Source: Selaginella moellendorffii
Lineage: Eukaryota > Plantae > Lycopodiophyta
Length of the DNA stretch: 64,000 nt
NCBI RefSeq assembly: GCF_000143415.4
Contig: NW_003314276.1
Location: 831,630 to 895,629, forward strand
Direction of reading: 5' to 3'
In this document: positions 48,070 to 59,163 of the stretch, piece after piece
Layout: each line of letters starts with the position of its first letter
How positions within the stretch are numbered: the first letter of the stretch is position 1
Made by a program: the position numbers and the translations under genes
The notes under the pieces: generated by a model
Database searches by the model: none
What the model was told of the DNA's origin: nothing
The model's input: only the letters and a program-made list of their open reading frames with translations

Positions 48070-49239
48070 ATGGCGCTCTCCGACGATTCGAGCTGGATGA
48101 CTGCCGCGCACAGCATGGGCGTAAGTATAGCATTCGATCTCCAGCTGAGCTTGATTTGCCTGTGTGCGCGCGTAGACCACGATCATTGGTGTGGAGTACG
48201 CCGACGGTGTTGTTCTTGGAGCTGATTCGCGAACCACAACAGGTACAAAGAGTTTTACTCTTTATCTTTCATTGGTAGCTCCCATTTTTCCTTTGCTCAA
48301 TCAGGAATCTATGTCGCAAACCGAGCTTCCGATAAAATCTCCAAGCTGACCGACAATGTCTACATTTGTCGATCTGGATCGGTAGCTTGTTCTTGGTGTT
48401 TTGTGATTTCTTTGTCCTTATATCTTGTTCCAGGCAGCAGACACGCAAGTAATCTCCGATTACGTTCGTTACCTCCTCCACCAGCACACGTAAGTGATCG
48501 ATTTTCATGGTTTTCGTTCTCTCTTATTTGTCTTTTTGGATCCAGGATTGTTTTGGGTGAACAAGCAACTGTCAAGGCAGCTGCGAAGCTGGTTAGAGAG
48601 ATTGCCTACTCGAACAAGGTTTGTTTAGCAGCAGCTTTGACTGATCTATATAAACAGTGTGTGTTGCTTTTAGTCCTTCCTCGAGGCTGGAATGATCGTC
48701 GGAGGTTGGGACAAGCACGAGAAAGGTAGCATCTTCGGTGTGCCAATCGGTGGAACTTTACTCCGCGTGCCTTTCACGATTGGAGGTAAATCAAAGCGTG
48801 TTTAGAAATTCCAGTTCTTAAGCCTTCCCTCTTTCCTGCCAGGCTCTGGATCGACCTATATATTTGGTTTTCTCGATCAAGCGTGGAGGCCAGGAATGAG
48901 CAAACAAGAAGCACAAGTATGTCCTCCAAATTTCTCTCCACTTTCCTGATCTTTTCTGGCAGGACCTCGTCGTTAAAGCCGTGTCTCTCGCCATGGCTCG
49001 TGATGGCGGCAGTGGTGGCGTCGTGCGAACTGTGACAGTGAGTAGAATGTCGCGAGAACATACTTTCTCTTGTATTAACTGGAACTTCCTGGTGTGATTT
49101 CCAGATAAGCTCGGAGGGCGTGACTCGGGATTATTTCAGCCACGACAGGCTACCAAAGTGGCACGAGGACATACCGGCGGGCGTGTCTACGGCTCTCGAG
49201 GCCCTGGAAAATGCCAACGGTGAATGGATGGTTGTCTAG
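48070..49239 (+). CDS. PBA1: 20S proteasome subunit beta type-6 (beta1), multi-exon
   Basis: Manual splice: HSMG|[21 protein letters not shown] (catalytic Thr); [10 protein letters not shown]; CRSGS|AADTQ; GSGSTYIFG; [16 protein letters not shown]. Confidence 0.95.
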
Positions 49240-49823
49240 AACCGAATTCAGGACTTTAAATCAGTGAAAAGCTTGTTCAAGTTTTGAAAACTTGTTTGTT
49301 GATGGACATGGCGGTGGTCTGCAATTCCTGGTGTTCTTAATTCTACGATCTCTAAGTTTCTGTAGTTATACAAGACAACCAACTTAGACTCATACTAAGG
49401 GAAACGTCGGTAGATATAATTTGACTTCACTGACTGAAATAAAACCAGGATAAGGATGGTGTGGGGTTTGGCGAAGGTCCAGATTCCGGAACAATCCACT
49501 TGCGAAGAAATCTTGTTCCAATTCTGTGCAACAAGAGGACGTTAAAACAGCGTAAGAACTGACGTTCAGGGGCGTCTGAAAAAATCAGTAAGTGTGAACT
49601 CGATCACAAAGAAACTCTTGAGTGTTGATGCAAAACTGAAGATCATCGCCACCACCTAGCCAAAAGTAAAGCACGCCGCAGCCGACATCAACTTAGTCAA
49701 GCTTGGAAAGTCGCTTCCAAACCAAGTCCGCGTACTTGGAGAACTACAAGATTATTTACACTCGTTTACCTTTGCTCGAAACTAATAACTAAGAAGCACT
49801 GTTTCAATTGAAGCAATTGGTAA

Positions 49824-50560
49824 TCAAGTTGGCACAGCCTTTTCCGCAACAAGAATGCTTCCCAAAACTGCGCAGTCTGACGAGCTCAAACCATGCCGAC
49901 TCCTTTGCGAGTCGAGAAATCCCCGGCCAGCAGCGCCATCCGGGACGTAAGGCATGGTTTCCAGGAGCTCTCTCGCCTGGCTCAATCTCCCAGTCCGTCC
50001 CAAAAGATCCAGCACCGAGCAGTAGTGTCTGGGCTGAGGCTTGACTCCACAGTCGCCGCTCATTGAAACGAAGATCTCGCGTCCCTCGCGAAGCCGCCCT
50101 GCGTGGCTGCAAGCAACCAAGGCACTCAAATACGCAACTTGGTCAGGGAGAAGCCCGTGCTGGATCATCTCACGAAAGAGATCAATCGCTTGCGCTCCAT
50201 CGCCGGACTGGCTACACGCGGAGATCGCCGACGTCCACGACACAACGTTCCATTGGAAGATCTTCTTGGATTCCTGGAGATTCCCGCGGTGGGAGAATGC
50301 CGCCAGGATGGAGTTCCAGGAGACGATGTCTCTCTCGGGCATGAGAGCGAGGATTTCTTGAACGAGGCCCAGATGCCCTTGTTGGGTATATCCCGCAAGG
50401 AGCGAGTTCCAGGTCCATAGCTCCCACTCGGGCATACTCTCCAGCATCCATCTTGCTTCCTCGAGGTGCCCTCTTGACGCCATCGCCGCGATCATCGTGT
50501 TCCAAGTCACAAGATCGCGCTGCTGGAGCCGGGAGAAGATCTCGCGCGCTTGAACCAACC
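49824..50560 (-). CDS. PLS-class pentatricopeptide repeat protein, short or truncated, possibly a pseudogene
   Basis: RDLVTWNTMIAA, RDIVSWNSILAA, VVSWTSAISA, ACSHAG, HYCSVLDLLGRTGRL. E domain degenerate; 5' end unclear. Confidence 0.8.
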
Positions 50561-50862
50561 TACAAGGAGGCCCAAGATTGCATTGGAGGAGCGGGCATAA
50601 AGAAACTGACCAAGCCGGGATACAAGTTGTCCCAGAACATCTCGCCAACTCATCGCCAGAGCGGATCGGAGAAGACACGGCCACGATATAAATTTCTTAG
50701 CTTGATTCTTTCCATTCTTTTCGTAACGCAGAAGATATGAAACAAAATTTTGTGCGCTATAATCATATACAATAATCAAGGAAGAATCGTTAGAGGATTT
50801 ATACTTTTCTTTGTCTTGTTTACTCCATGGAATCCATTTTTACATGTTCACGGACACAGGGA

Positions 50863-51090
50863 TCAACCAGGACGAGTTTTTACGTTCTTCCCAAAGACAA
50901 TGCTGGTTGTTCCAAGAATCCAAGTTTTGAAGCTTGGTGGTGGAGGGATGTTCCTAATCTTTGAAAGCAAGAAGACGAGTTGGATGTCAACTCTGTTTAA
51001 GTATCCAAGATAATTGGTGGCATCCACCTTGGAAGGGGACTGGACAAGCACAAAGCAGAGTAGCGCAACGAACACCAAAGCTCTCACCAT
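50863..51090 (-). CDS. Putative small secreted peptide (75 aa)
   Basis: MVRALVFVALLCFVLVQSPSKVDA is signal-peptide-like. No family recognised. Confidence 0.35.
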   Translation of the reverse strand: MVRALVFVALLCFVLVQSPSKVDATNYLGYLNRVDIQLVFLLSKIRNIPPPPSFKTWILGTTSIVFGKNVKTRPG

Positions 51091-52883
51091 ATTGAACCTT
51101 TTGTATGAAATGCGTTGTTGAATGTTTTGTGCTCGTATGGATCCTTGGAGATTGCCATTTATACTATACGGCGTACAAAACAAAGTTGCTCACGCAATTG
51201 CAACTTCCATGGAAATTGTTGAATGGGCAAGCTCTGACACCGACAGTATGAGTCTAAGTTGTGGCACTTAGTTGCCGTGGCAGCATCCTGGGCCCTGTGG
51301 CTGTGACTGGTGAATAGCTCTGCATCTTGAACATCCTGTGAATCTGTATATATTTTACAAAACTTTATAAACGAACATTGAAAATCAAAAACCATGTATT
51401 GTTTATGAGTTGATAAAATAAACTCAAAGACAATGCATATTTATTCATGTTCAGCTCATTACTATATGAATAACAGGAACAGGAACAGGAACAATCATTA
51501 CTAATGATTGACATTGTTTATGGTGTATGTTCATATGATAATGCGAACAAGTAGATAATCCTATGTCTCGTACTTAATTTTGAACCCCTTGAACGTGACT
51601 GGTCCAGAGCTGCCTCTAGGAACAAGAGTGACAACAATGTAGTCTGCATCTTCCAGCCCTAGCTGCTCTAGCGTGTCACTTATTCCTAGCCTCATCTCCG
51701 TCTCCATAATGTGCCCCTTCCCTGCAGAGTCGGGAACGTTCACAAAAGTTCCAGCAAACTCCACCACATTGACCGACGTGTTTTCATTCGCATTTGGATA
51801 GTTGATGTAGACATCGAATTTGGTGGCCTTGTTGTAATCCAGCTCCACTCCTTGGATCACCAGGATCTCCTCAACTTCATCATCATCATCATCAGATTTA
51901 TCACCACCTCTACCTGAGAACAGGGTCGGCAGGTTATTGAGCCCCAGCGCGTTATTGAGCATGATGTTATTGAGCCTGGTCAGCTTCAGTGGCCGCTTCA
52001 CCTTAGTGCTGAACACACTCTCCAGTTTCTGGATCTTGCCGCTCACTGCCTCCCCGAACTCTTCAATCACATCAGCCGCTGCAGTTGGAGGTGAATCTGG
52101 CGAAGCAGAGACTAGAGGCTTCGACTTCGCTCCAGCAACGGTGGAAGGCCGAGCAGTCACCCAGGCATTGTGGATGTCCTGGTAACGGTACCCCAGCTGC
52201 TCGGTTTTGAGCGCATCCCGGACTCTCACCCGAACCAGGCGCCTTTTCTCATCGTAGAACAAGAACGTTGCATTAAGCCAATCCAGATCTTTGTAATCCC
52301 TTCTGGGGCGGAAGGGCCCCTTCCTGTTGCGCGGCAGCGTCTTCCACACGGTCCACAATCGGTCGAGGTTGGCGTGGTGAGGGTAGAAGATGGGATCCCT
52401 AGCCGCGGAGTAGAACACCCCCATGTCTTCAAAATGGGGTTTCGCGCTGCTCCCCGTCCATTTGTGAACAGTGTTATGTGGGGCACTTTCTATTGTTCCC
52501 AGTCCATCCGGCTTACTGTCACCTGGGTGGTACTCCTTACCATAAAACAATCTTGTCGTTCTGGCGTTCACAAGCTGCTTGTACATGAGCGCGTTGTTCT
52601 CTTCGCGCTGCTTCGAATCGCTGATCGGGGCACCATCGCCAGGGACGAAATTGAGATCCGCGAGCCGGGGCGGGAAATGATCTGGATTGCGGAAATCGTC
52701 AAACAGGACAGGATTGGTCAAGTACATCTGCGGGATGACATTCGGCAGTGGATCTGAAGCGAATTGATTGTCCCAGTTCCAGAACGGGAGCGCGAAGGTG
52801 TCGTCTTCGATCAAACTGGCCAGGATTCGCTCGTGGAAGTAGAGGAACCAGCGGTGCCAGGGAAAGAAGAACCAGTTCCTGTG

Positions 52884-53865
52884 GCCTCCCGTTAAACACC
52901 ATCCTGTTTCAGTCTCTCTCCACCTAGCTGGCAATGATGTGGCACGATTACATGGCATTTCTCTCTTTCCACTCCCGTCTGCATCTATCCGCCCGACGAC
53001 TGTGGTCTTTCTCCGCTTTTGACCGGAGGCGCTTCTTTAACGTCTGGAGTTTGGAAACATTTTTTTTTTCCATTGTGCGTCCTTCATGGAGAAAGAAAAG
53101 AACTTGAACAGTGAGACAATGGCATGTCTATCTCCACCACATTCGATTCCTCTCCATCCTTGTTCAACTTGAGAGAGGAGACTACATACCGGTCGAATAA
53201 AGAGCCTTGGAACAATTCCGGATACTTGAGTGATGATAAAGCTGAGCAAGGATCATTGCCCATCCACCTGCGAAGTTCCAATGGATCCCCAAGAGCATGC
53301 TTGAAAGTTTGCAAGGCATCTGTTGGAAAAATAAGACTCAGGATGATCCAAGAGGAGAAGACACTGTAGCAATAGTTACAAGTTCCACTGTGCAAAGATG
53401 AAGAGCATGCCCATATTCCATAAAGCCAGAGCTAATAGTACCACTAAGCTCCACAAATTCATAGAAACCTCCATATGATCATTGTTGCTGCCCCTTGAGA
53501 GCAAAAAAAAAGAGCGCTTTCAATCTAGCTGCTGCTGCTTGGGTCGACCAGCATTTCCATTCCAAAGAAGAACCTAAAACCCCCTAGAGAAGAGGGTAGA
53601 GCAATCTAGAGGAGCAAAGTAAAAGGAGAGATACTTACACACTGGTTGGCATTGGACGCAAAGTAAAAAAACCCCCTTTTCTCTCATCTCTGTTCTGTGA
53701 AAGAGACTTTGGTTCAAGTTAAAGTGATTGGAAGTAATGTTATGTGCCAGCACCAGAGAGAGAGAGTCGGACGGGAGTGGAAAGAGAGAAATGCCATGTA
53801 ATCGTGCCACATCATTGCCAGCTAGGTGGAGAGAGACTGAAACAGGATGGTGTTTAACGGGAGGC
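52884..53865. mobile_element. Pack-MULE-like non-autonomous DNA transposon, 982 bp
   Basis: Perfect 96-bp TIRs at 52884-52979 and 53770-53865. 9-bp TSD GTTCCTGTG at 52875-52883 and 53866-53874. No transposase inside. Confidence 0.93.
53110..53474 (-). pseudogene. Captured 5' fragment of an LRR receptor-like gene (signal peptide + LRRNT cap)
   Basis: MEVSMNLWSLVVLLALALW..., then DALQTFKHALGDPLELRRWMGNDPCS...VVEIDM, the plant LRRNT pattern AL..FK..L.DP...W...DPC. Confidence 0.7.
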
Positions 53866-54859
53866 GTTCCTGTGGATGTGGAGCCTTTCGGTGCTGTTGG
53901 CGTACAAGAATGCGCCATCGCAATAGGCACAGTGGATATTGGCTTGCTGGTCAAAATTGCGGGGATCGTCCGGAGGAAGAGCTTTCATCAGCTCGTAGGC
54001 TCGAATGTACTTGGCGATGTAGTCCGAGCTGAGGAGGTGAACGGGCTGCCTCAGGCGACTGGGGAGCTGGGTGTTGTGGACGAAGTCGACAACCGGTGTT
54101 TTGCTTCGAGGCGGGCAGCAACCGACCTTTCCAGCTGGAGTTTCAGCTTGGGTGCACCACTCTAGATCTATTGTTCCGTTGTCAATGGGTCGTGCCCATC
54201 CTTGCTGCTCCTGCTGGAGACTCCCAGTCGCTAGGCCCAGGGATGCCTCTCTTCTTCCTGTTGCTGTGGAAAGTAAAAGAAAGCACAAGATTTGAACTGG
54301 AAAATAGAACTTGGTCACGAGAAGCCTGGATAACAAACTGTCGCCGACCATTCGGGGAAGAACATTGTTCAGAATCCTGGCGCTTGATGGTGTTCTTCCC
54401 ATTTCCTCTTCTCGAGCTTCTGCTTTTTCTTCTTCCGCTCAATCTGCTCAACGGGAACTCAAAACATGCTCCCACTCAGCCTGACTCAGGAACACTGCGC
54501 CCTTTTCAGAGACATGCTTGAGTTAAATTTGCATTATGAAACATAAACCCTTTTCTAGTTATCTCCAGTGCTTAGACAGAGTTACTGAATAGGACACTTC
54601 CTTTAAGGTACACGTGGATCCCACGTGCTAAATATAACCTCATATACTACAAATTCATTGGGACCAGCGTTCGACAAACCTTTTCACCTTCCAAATCAAA
54701 AATCCTCCTCGAGTTTAACCTCCAAGGATTTTTCAAAATTCCCAGGATTAAACCTTCTAATCAAATAAACAAGTTTACAATTGTGAGAAAATTTGTCGAT
54801 AGTGTGCACTTTTTTTCCAGTGGTCCACAACTTCATCAAAGTTAAACTTCTGAATTTTA

Positions 54860-57800
54860 GGACCTTAAACTGAAATCCTTATAAGAGTATCAATTGTTTT
54901 AGTACTCATTTGATTTCTGTACTTGTTCTTGATCAAGTTTATTCTGCTAAAACCTCGCTCGCAACTTGCAGTGCTAACACAAATTTCACCAACTAGAATG
55001 TCGCGAATGTGACTTTAGGTATTGAAATTACCTATCGGCCAGTCCTTACAGACACTTTTACCTTACTGCCACGATGGCAGGAGGTCGGTATTGCTGGTTC
55101 CCTTTATTAGCCCTTCTTGTTCAAGTGTTAGTTTACTGGGCTTAGCACCTATACTTAGCCAAATGGACATAAGGTAGAAACTCCTATGTGTTTTTAGCTG
55201 AGCATACTGGCTTTTAGTTCTTTTTTGCTCTGTCTTGTACTAGCTTGACAAGAACCTTCACATATTGTGGTCCCTCAATATCGCTGGATGATAGATTACC
55301 GTGTCTACCAAACACCCTCGCTATCATGCCCTTTTGTATTAGTCTCATTTCGGTCCCAAATGCTATTTATGGAAAGTGTCTAGATTTGCTCATTTGGCAT
55401 ATCTATGGAATGTAGAAATTGGCCTGAATACAATGGTGTTAGTCCCGTATCCAAATTCACAATCTAGCGCCATTCTATATTTAGTAAGTTTCAAGCTTGT
55501 CCCAGAGACTAACTCCTGATACTAAAGGGGGCTTGGGGTGAAAGCCCAAAGCGTGTGTTCCTCAAGGGGGGGCTGTGGGGGGTTCCAAATGTATAGTAGG
55601 GATAGTGGGTAAATTGGGCATGGCTGACTAACTTGAGGTATAGTCTAGCTCCCGCTTGCGTGCTTGTCTTTGTTCTGTGTCTGGCTTGGGTCTAAGCCCA
55701 AGTTCCATACCATGTTAGTTGGTGGGGTACCCATATCCTCGTGTTAGGCCACTAGTATGCCGAAATAGTGCAAAACGCCGTTTGGCTTCGTTTTGCATGC
55801 TGGTTCTGGCATTAGGATGCTGGTTGCTCTAGGACTGTTCCAAGTCACTCCAGGCTCCTGGCCCTTCGCTCCTTGGGCTGTATGCTTAGGAATTGCTCCG
55901 TGGTTCAGTTCCGTCACTCCTTGGCTCCATGCTTGGGAGTTTGGCTCCGTTCCTTCGTTCAGTGGCCCAAGGCCCTGAACCTCGGGTTCCACACCATGTT
56001 CCTTTGGACACATGGCATGTGACATGTGGCATCTGTCACATGGCACAAAGAGGGTTTAGGTTCTGCTTCGTGGTGGTATCCTATGGTAAATCACCATAGG
56101 ATAAAGGGTAAAAACCACGTGCACTACATTGAAGCAAGTTTGGAAAGCTCTCTGCCCAACCTACTTGACTATGTATGATGCTCCACATAAAATTTCATCC
56201 TTTCCATTCCTTTGAGGCAAGCAACTTCCAAGTTAAATACTCTTCCATGAAGGCTAAAGGATCCATAATGCCTTTAACAAGAACTCCATCCACCTCTAAA
56301 TGCCTTCCATAAAATTCTGCAAGCTCCCTCGCCTCTGTAATCCCAAATCATTTGTTTTCCTTGACAAGGATTGGCAAATTAACTAGAGCTAGAACCTGCA
56401 TCTTGGAGAGTATCCCTATGTCTTGTAGTCGTTGTCTAATAGCTGCAATAAGAGTAGAAGTAAAGGAGATTTGAAATTGCACAGCTCCTTGAAGATCACT
56501 TCCATCTTCTGATCTGATCAATTGCATAGTTCTATAAGCATCTCCTTTAATTGAAGCTCTCAAAGCATGGAGGAAGCCATCCTTACTACCACCATCAAGG
56601 ATGTGTGGATATGATCTACCATCTATGGGATTACCGTTCAAATCAATCTCATCACTGATGTAATATTGGTTCAACTTCACAATAGTCTCTCGGCACAAGG
56701 GTCCAACCATGGTGATGTCGATTAGCTTCTCTTGGAATTTCTGATTGAGACTACTCATCACCTGTAAAACATCAGCTAGAAAATGCAAGACGTACATGTT
56801 CTTGAGAGTTTTCAACTTGTTGTAAAGTTGCAACTTGCCACTTCGTTTGAAAAGCTCAGCTACTAGCTCTAAACATTCGCAAAACTTAGAAAATGCCCCT
56901 CCACGACTTAGCCACCTTGTATCTTGTATGCGCTGCAGCTTAAGCTTGGTATAATCGTGTTCCATCTCAATTTCCATCAGTTGAGCCAACCTTTTCGAGC
57001 TTTTGCTGAAGTAAGCTGCTACCTTGTTCACTAGTTTATCAATTGTCATGCATTGTGTAGCACATTCTCCATCCCCATAAGCATCTTCCACACATAAATT
57101 GGCTCAATGTGCCATACAGTGAACACTGCTTAAGAAGGGATTAATCTCCTTTAGCCTGGTTGCTACCCTTGTTTTGCTACCAGCCATGACATTACATCCA
57201 TCTGAACCAAAACCCATGAATTGCTGCATATCTAAGTTCTACTGCTTAAGCATATCACTAATGCAGTTAAAGATACTTGCTGCACCACTATCACCAATAT
57301 TGACAATCCCCAAGTAGCTCGTCTTCACACAACCACATTCGATGTAAGTCACGTAAAAGATCAAATGCTTCATAGTGCTGAAAATAAATTAAATCATAAG
57401 AAAACTAATAAATCCAAATTAAGGAATACCTTATATCAATTGATTCATCCACCATCAATCAAAATAAGGACTTTCCCTGACTTTTTGTAAGATATTTTTA
57501 ACCATAACCTGAAGTGAAACATGAACCATATTAGAATCAATTAACATGGTCTCATAAACATACCTCATTAATAGAAGTTATCAGTCGTGAACAACCTTTG
57601 TCACTGTTGTAATATCTTGGAATATTCATCCCATTAAGTCGATGAAGTTCAATCAGCTCTGGAAAATGAGTGAATGGAGCAAATCCTTGCGCAATATGAT
57701 AAGCAGAACGAAATAACACAAACACCCCTTGTTCAGCATGGTGTAGATGTTTAATTGTAGCTTCTAAAATCGATTGCTACTTCCCACGACGCACCTCCTC

Positions 57801-57955
57801 AGCAAATACAGACTTCTTGTGATCTTCAGAGCTAGCATGACTGCGTAAGGCACTCTTTCAAAAATTACTGCTACTCTATTTGCCAAAAATATTCTTAGTT
57901 TGTGGATTTGCCTTGCAAATCTTGCAAAACATTGTGTCTTTAGTTGCATCAAATT
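54860..57955 (-). mobile_element. hAT-superfamily transposase relic, split by a solo LTR and truncated by the gypsy insertion
   Basis: FCKICK...H zinc finger near 57.9 kb; DESID; GSDGCNVMAG; HCMAH; DTRWLSR. The dimerisation motif STASCERGFSRINLIKNKYRN lies at ~54900-54975, beyond the solo LTR. In-frame stops present. Confidence 0.85.
54999..56128 (+). mobile_element. Solo LTR (family C)
   Basis: TGTCGCG...CTACA termini; homologous to 60914-62058. Near-TSD TAGAA/TTGAA. Confidence 0.88.
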
Positions 57956-59163
57956 TGTAAGGAACCGACTCCCCGAGATGTCGTAGGCTAAAGGATCCCC
58001 AAAAGCTTGACCGAAGTGACAAAGAGTTCATCGGATGGGACCAAGTCGAGGATCGAGTCCAAGACCGACTCTAGGACCGAGTTCGAGATAGAGTCCGGAA
58101 TCGAGTCCGAGACCGACTCGGGGACCGAGTTCGAGTCCGAGTTCGAGACCGAGTTCGAGACGGAGTCCGAGATCCGAAATCGGGTCCAAGACCGAGTCCG
58201 AGGTCGAGTCCGAGGTCGGGTCCGAGATCGGGTCCGAGATCGAGTCCGTGATCGAGTCCGAACCCGAATCCGAAGTCGGATCCGAAATCGGGTCCGAGAT
58301 CGAGCCAGAGACTAAGTCCAAATACTAATACGGGTCAAGGGGTGAAAGCCCAAAGCGTGCGTCTCCCAGGGGGGGGGGGGCTGCAGGGGGTTCCAAAAGT
58401 ATAGTAGGGATAGTGAGGTCCAGGAACCAGTTTTGAAGGGACTCTCCAGTTGGGCTTCCAAACCGACTTGAGGTTGGGACTAGGACCGAGGGGCCTTGGG
58501 TGGGAGTGAGCAGGGACTTGGCTGGTGCCGGAGGGGCCATCCAAGGAAGTGCTCAAGAGCAGCTCCCACTCCCGAAAGGGAAACCGATTGCGGTGCTCCC
58601 GGCTCATGTGGAGTGGTGCCCCACTTGAGTACCATGCGGCTCATTGGTCCTCGCCCTTCCTAGGGGCTTGGGCCTTCCTTCGGGATGGAAGTGGGGGGCG
58701 AGAGGTACCCATACCGGGCCGCTAGGCCACGGTGTTTCGCCCCGGCGTCCCGAAGCAAGTGTTGCACTCAAGACTTGGGATTTAGAGGGTCCCATGATCA
58801 AGTCTTGTGGTACCAAGGGATGTTAGGAACCTGGAAGCTTGGTGTGCTTGGCTGCTTGTGCTTGCGGGGAGTGTAGCCGAACCTTAAGTCCAGTCTAACC
58901 CGGGGAGGGGGATTGGGAGTGATTTGGGAATCCATGGAAGGATGGCTAACACTCCGTTGCTCGTGCAGTGAGTAGCTGAAACCAAGTAGGAGCTAGTACC
59001 ATAGGCGAGAACCTTGGCGAGGGAACTTAGCAAAAGCCAAGGCAGTGTTGGACGGATAGGCGAGGTAAGCTGGCAAAGTGGAAAGGAAAAATTTGTGGCT
59101 TACAATTTGGTATCGGAGCCTTCTCCTCAGTTCTAGCGAAGGATAGAGGCGGATTGCTGGGAG

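Larger units (their letters stand above)
51561..54402 (-). pseudogene. PPO: Polyphenol oxidase (catechol oxidase) disrupted by a MULE-like insertion
   Basis: 5' part QQANIHCAYCDG...LHIHRN and 3' part HRNWFFFPWHR (CuA). HNTVH...DPIFYPHHANLDRLW (CuB). DWL and KFDV domains. Removing the insertion and one TSD restores a single frame. Confidence 0.93.
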
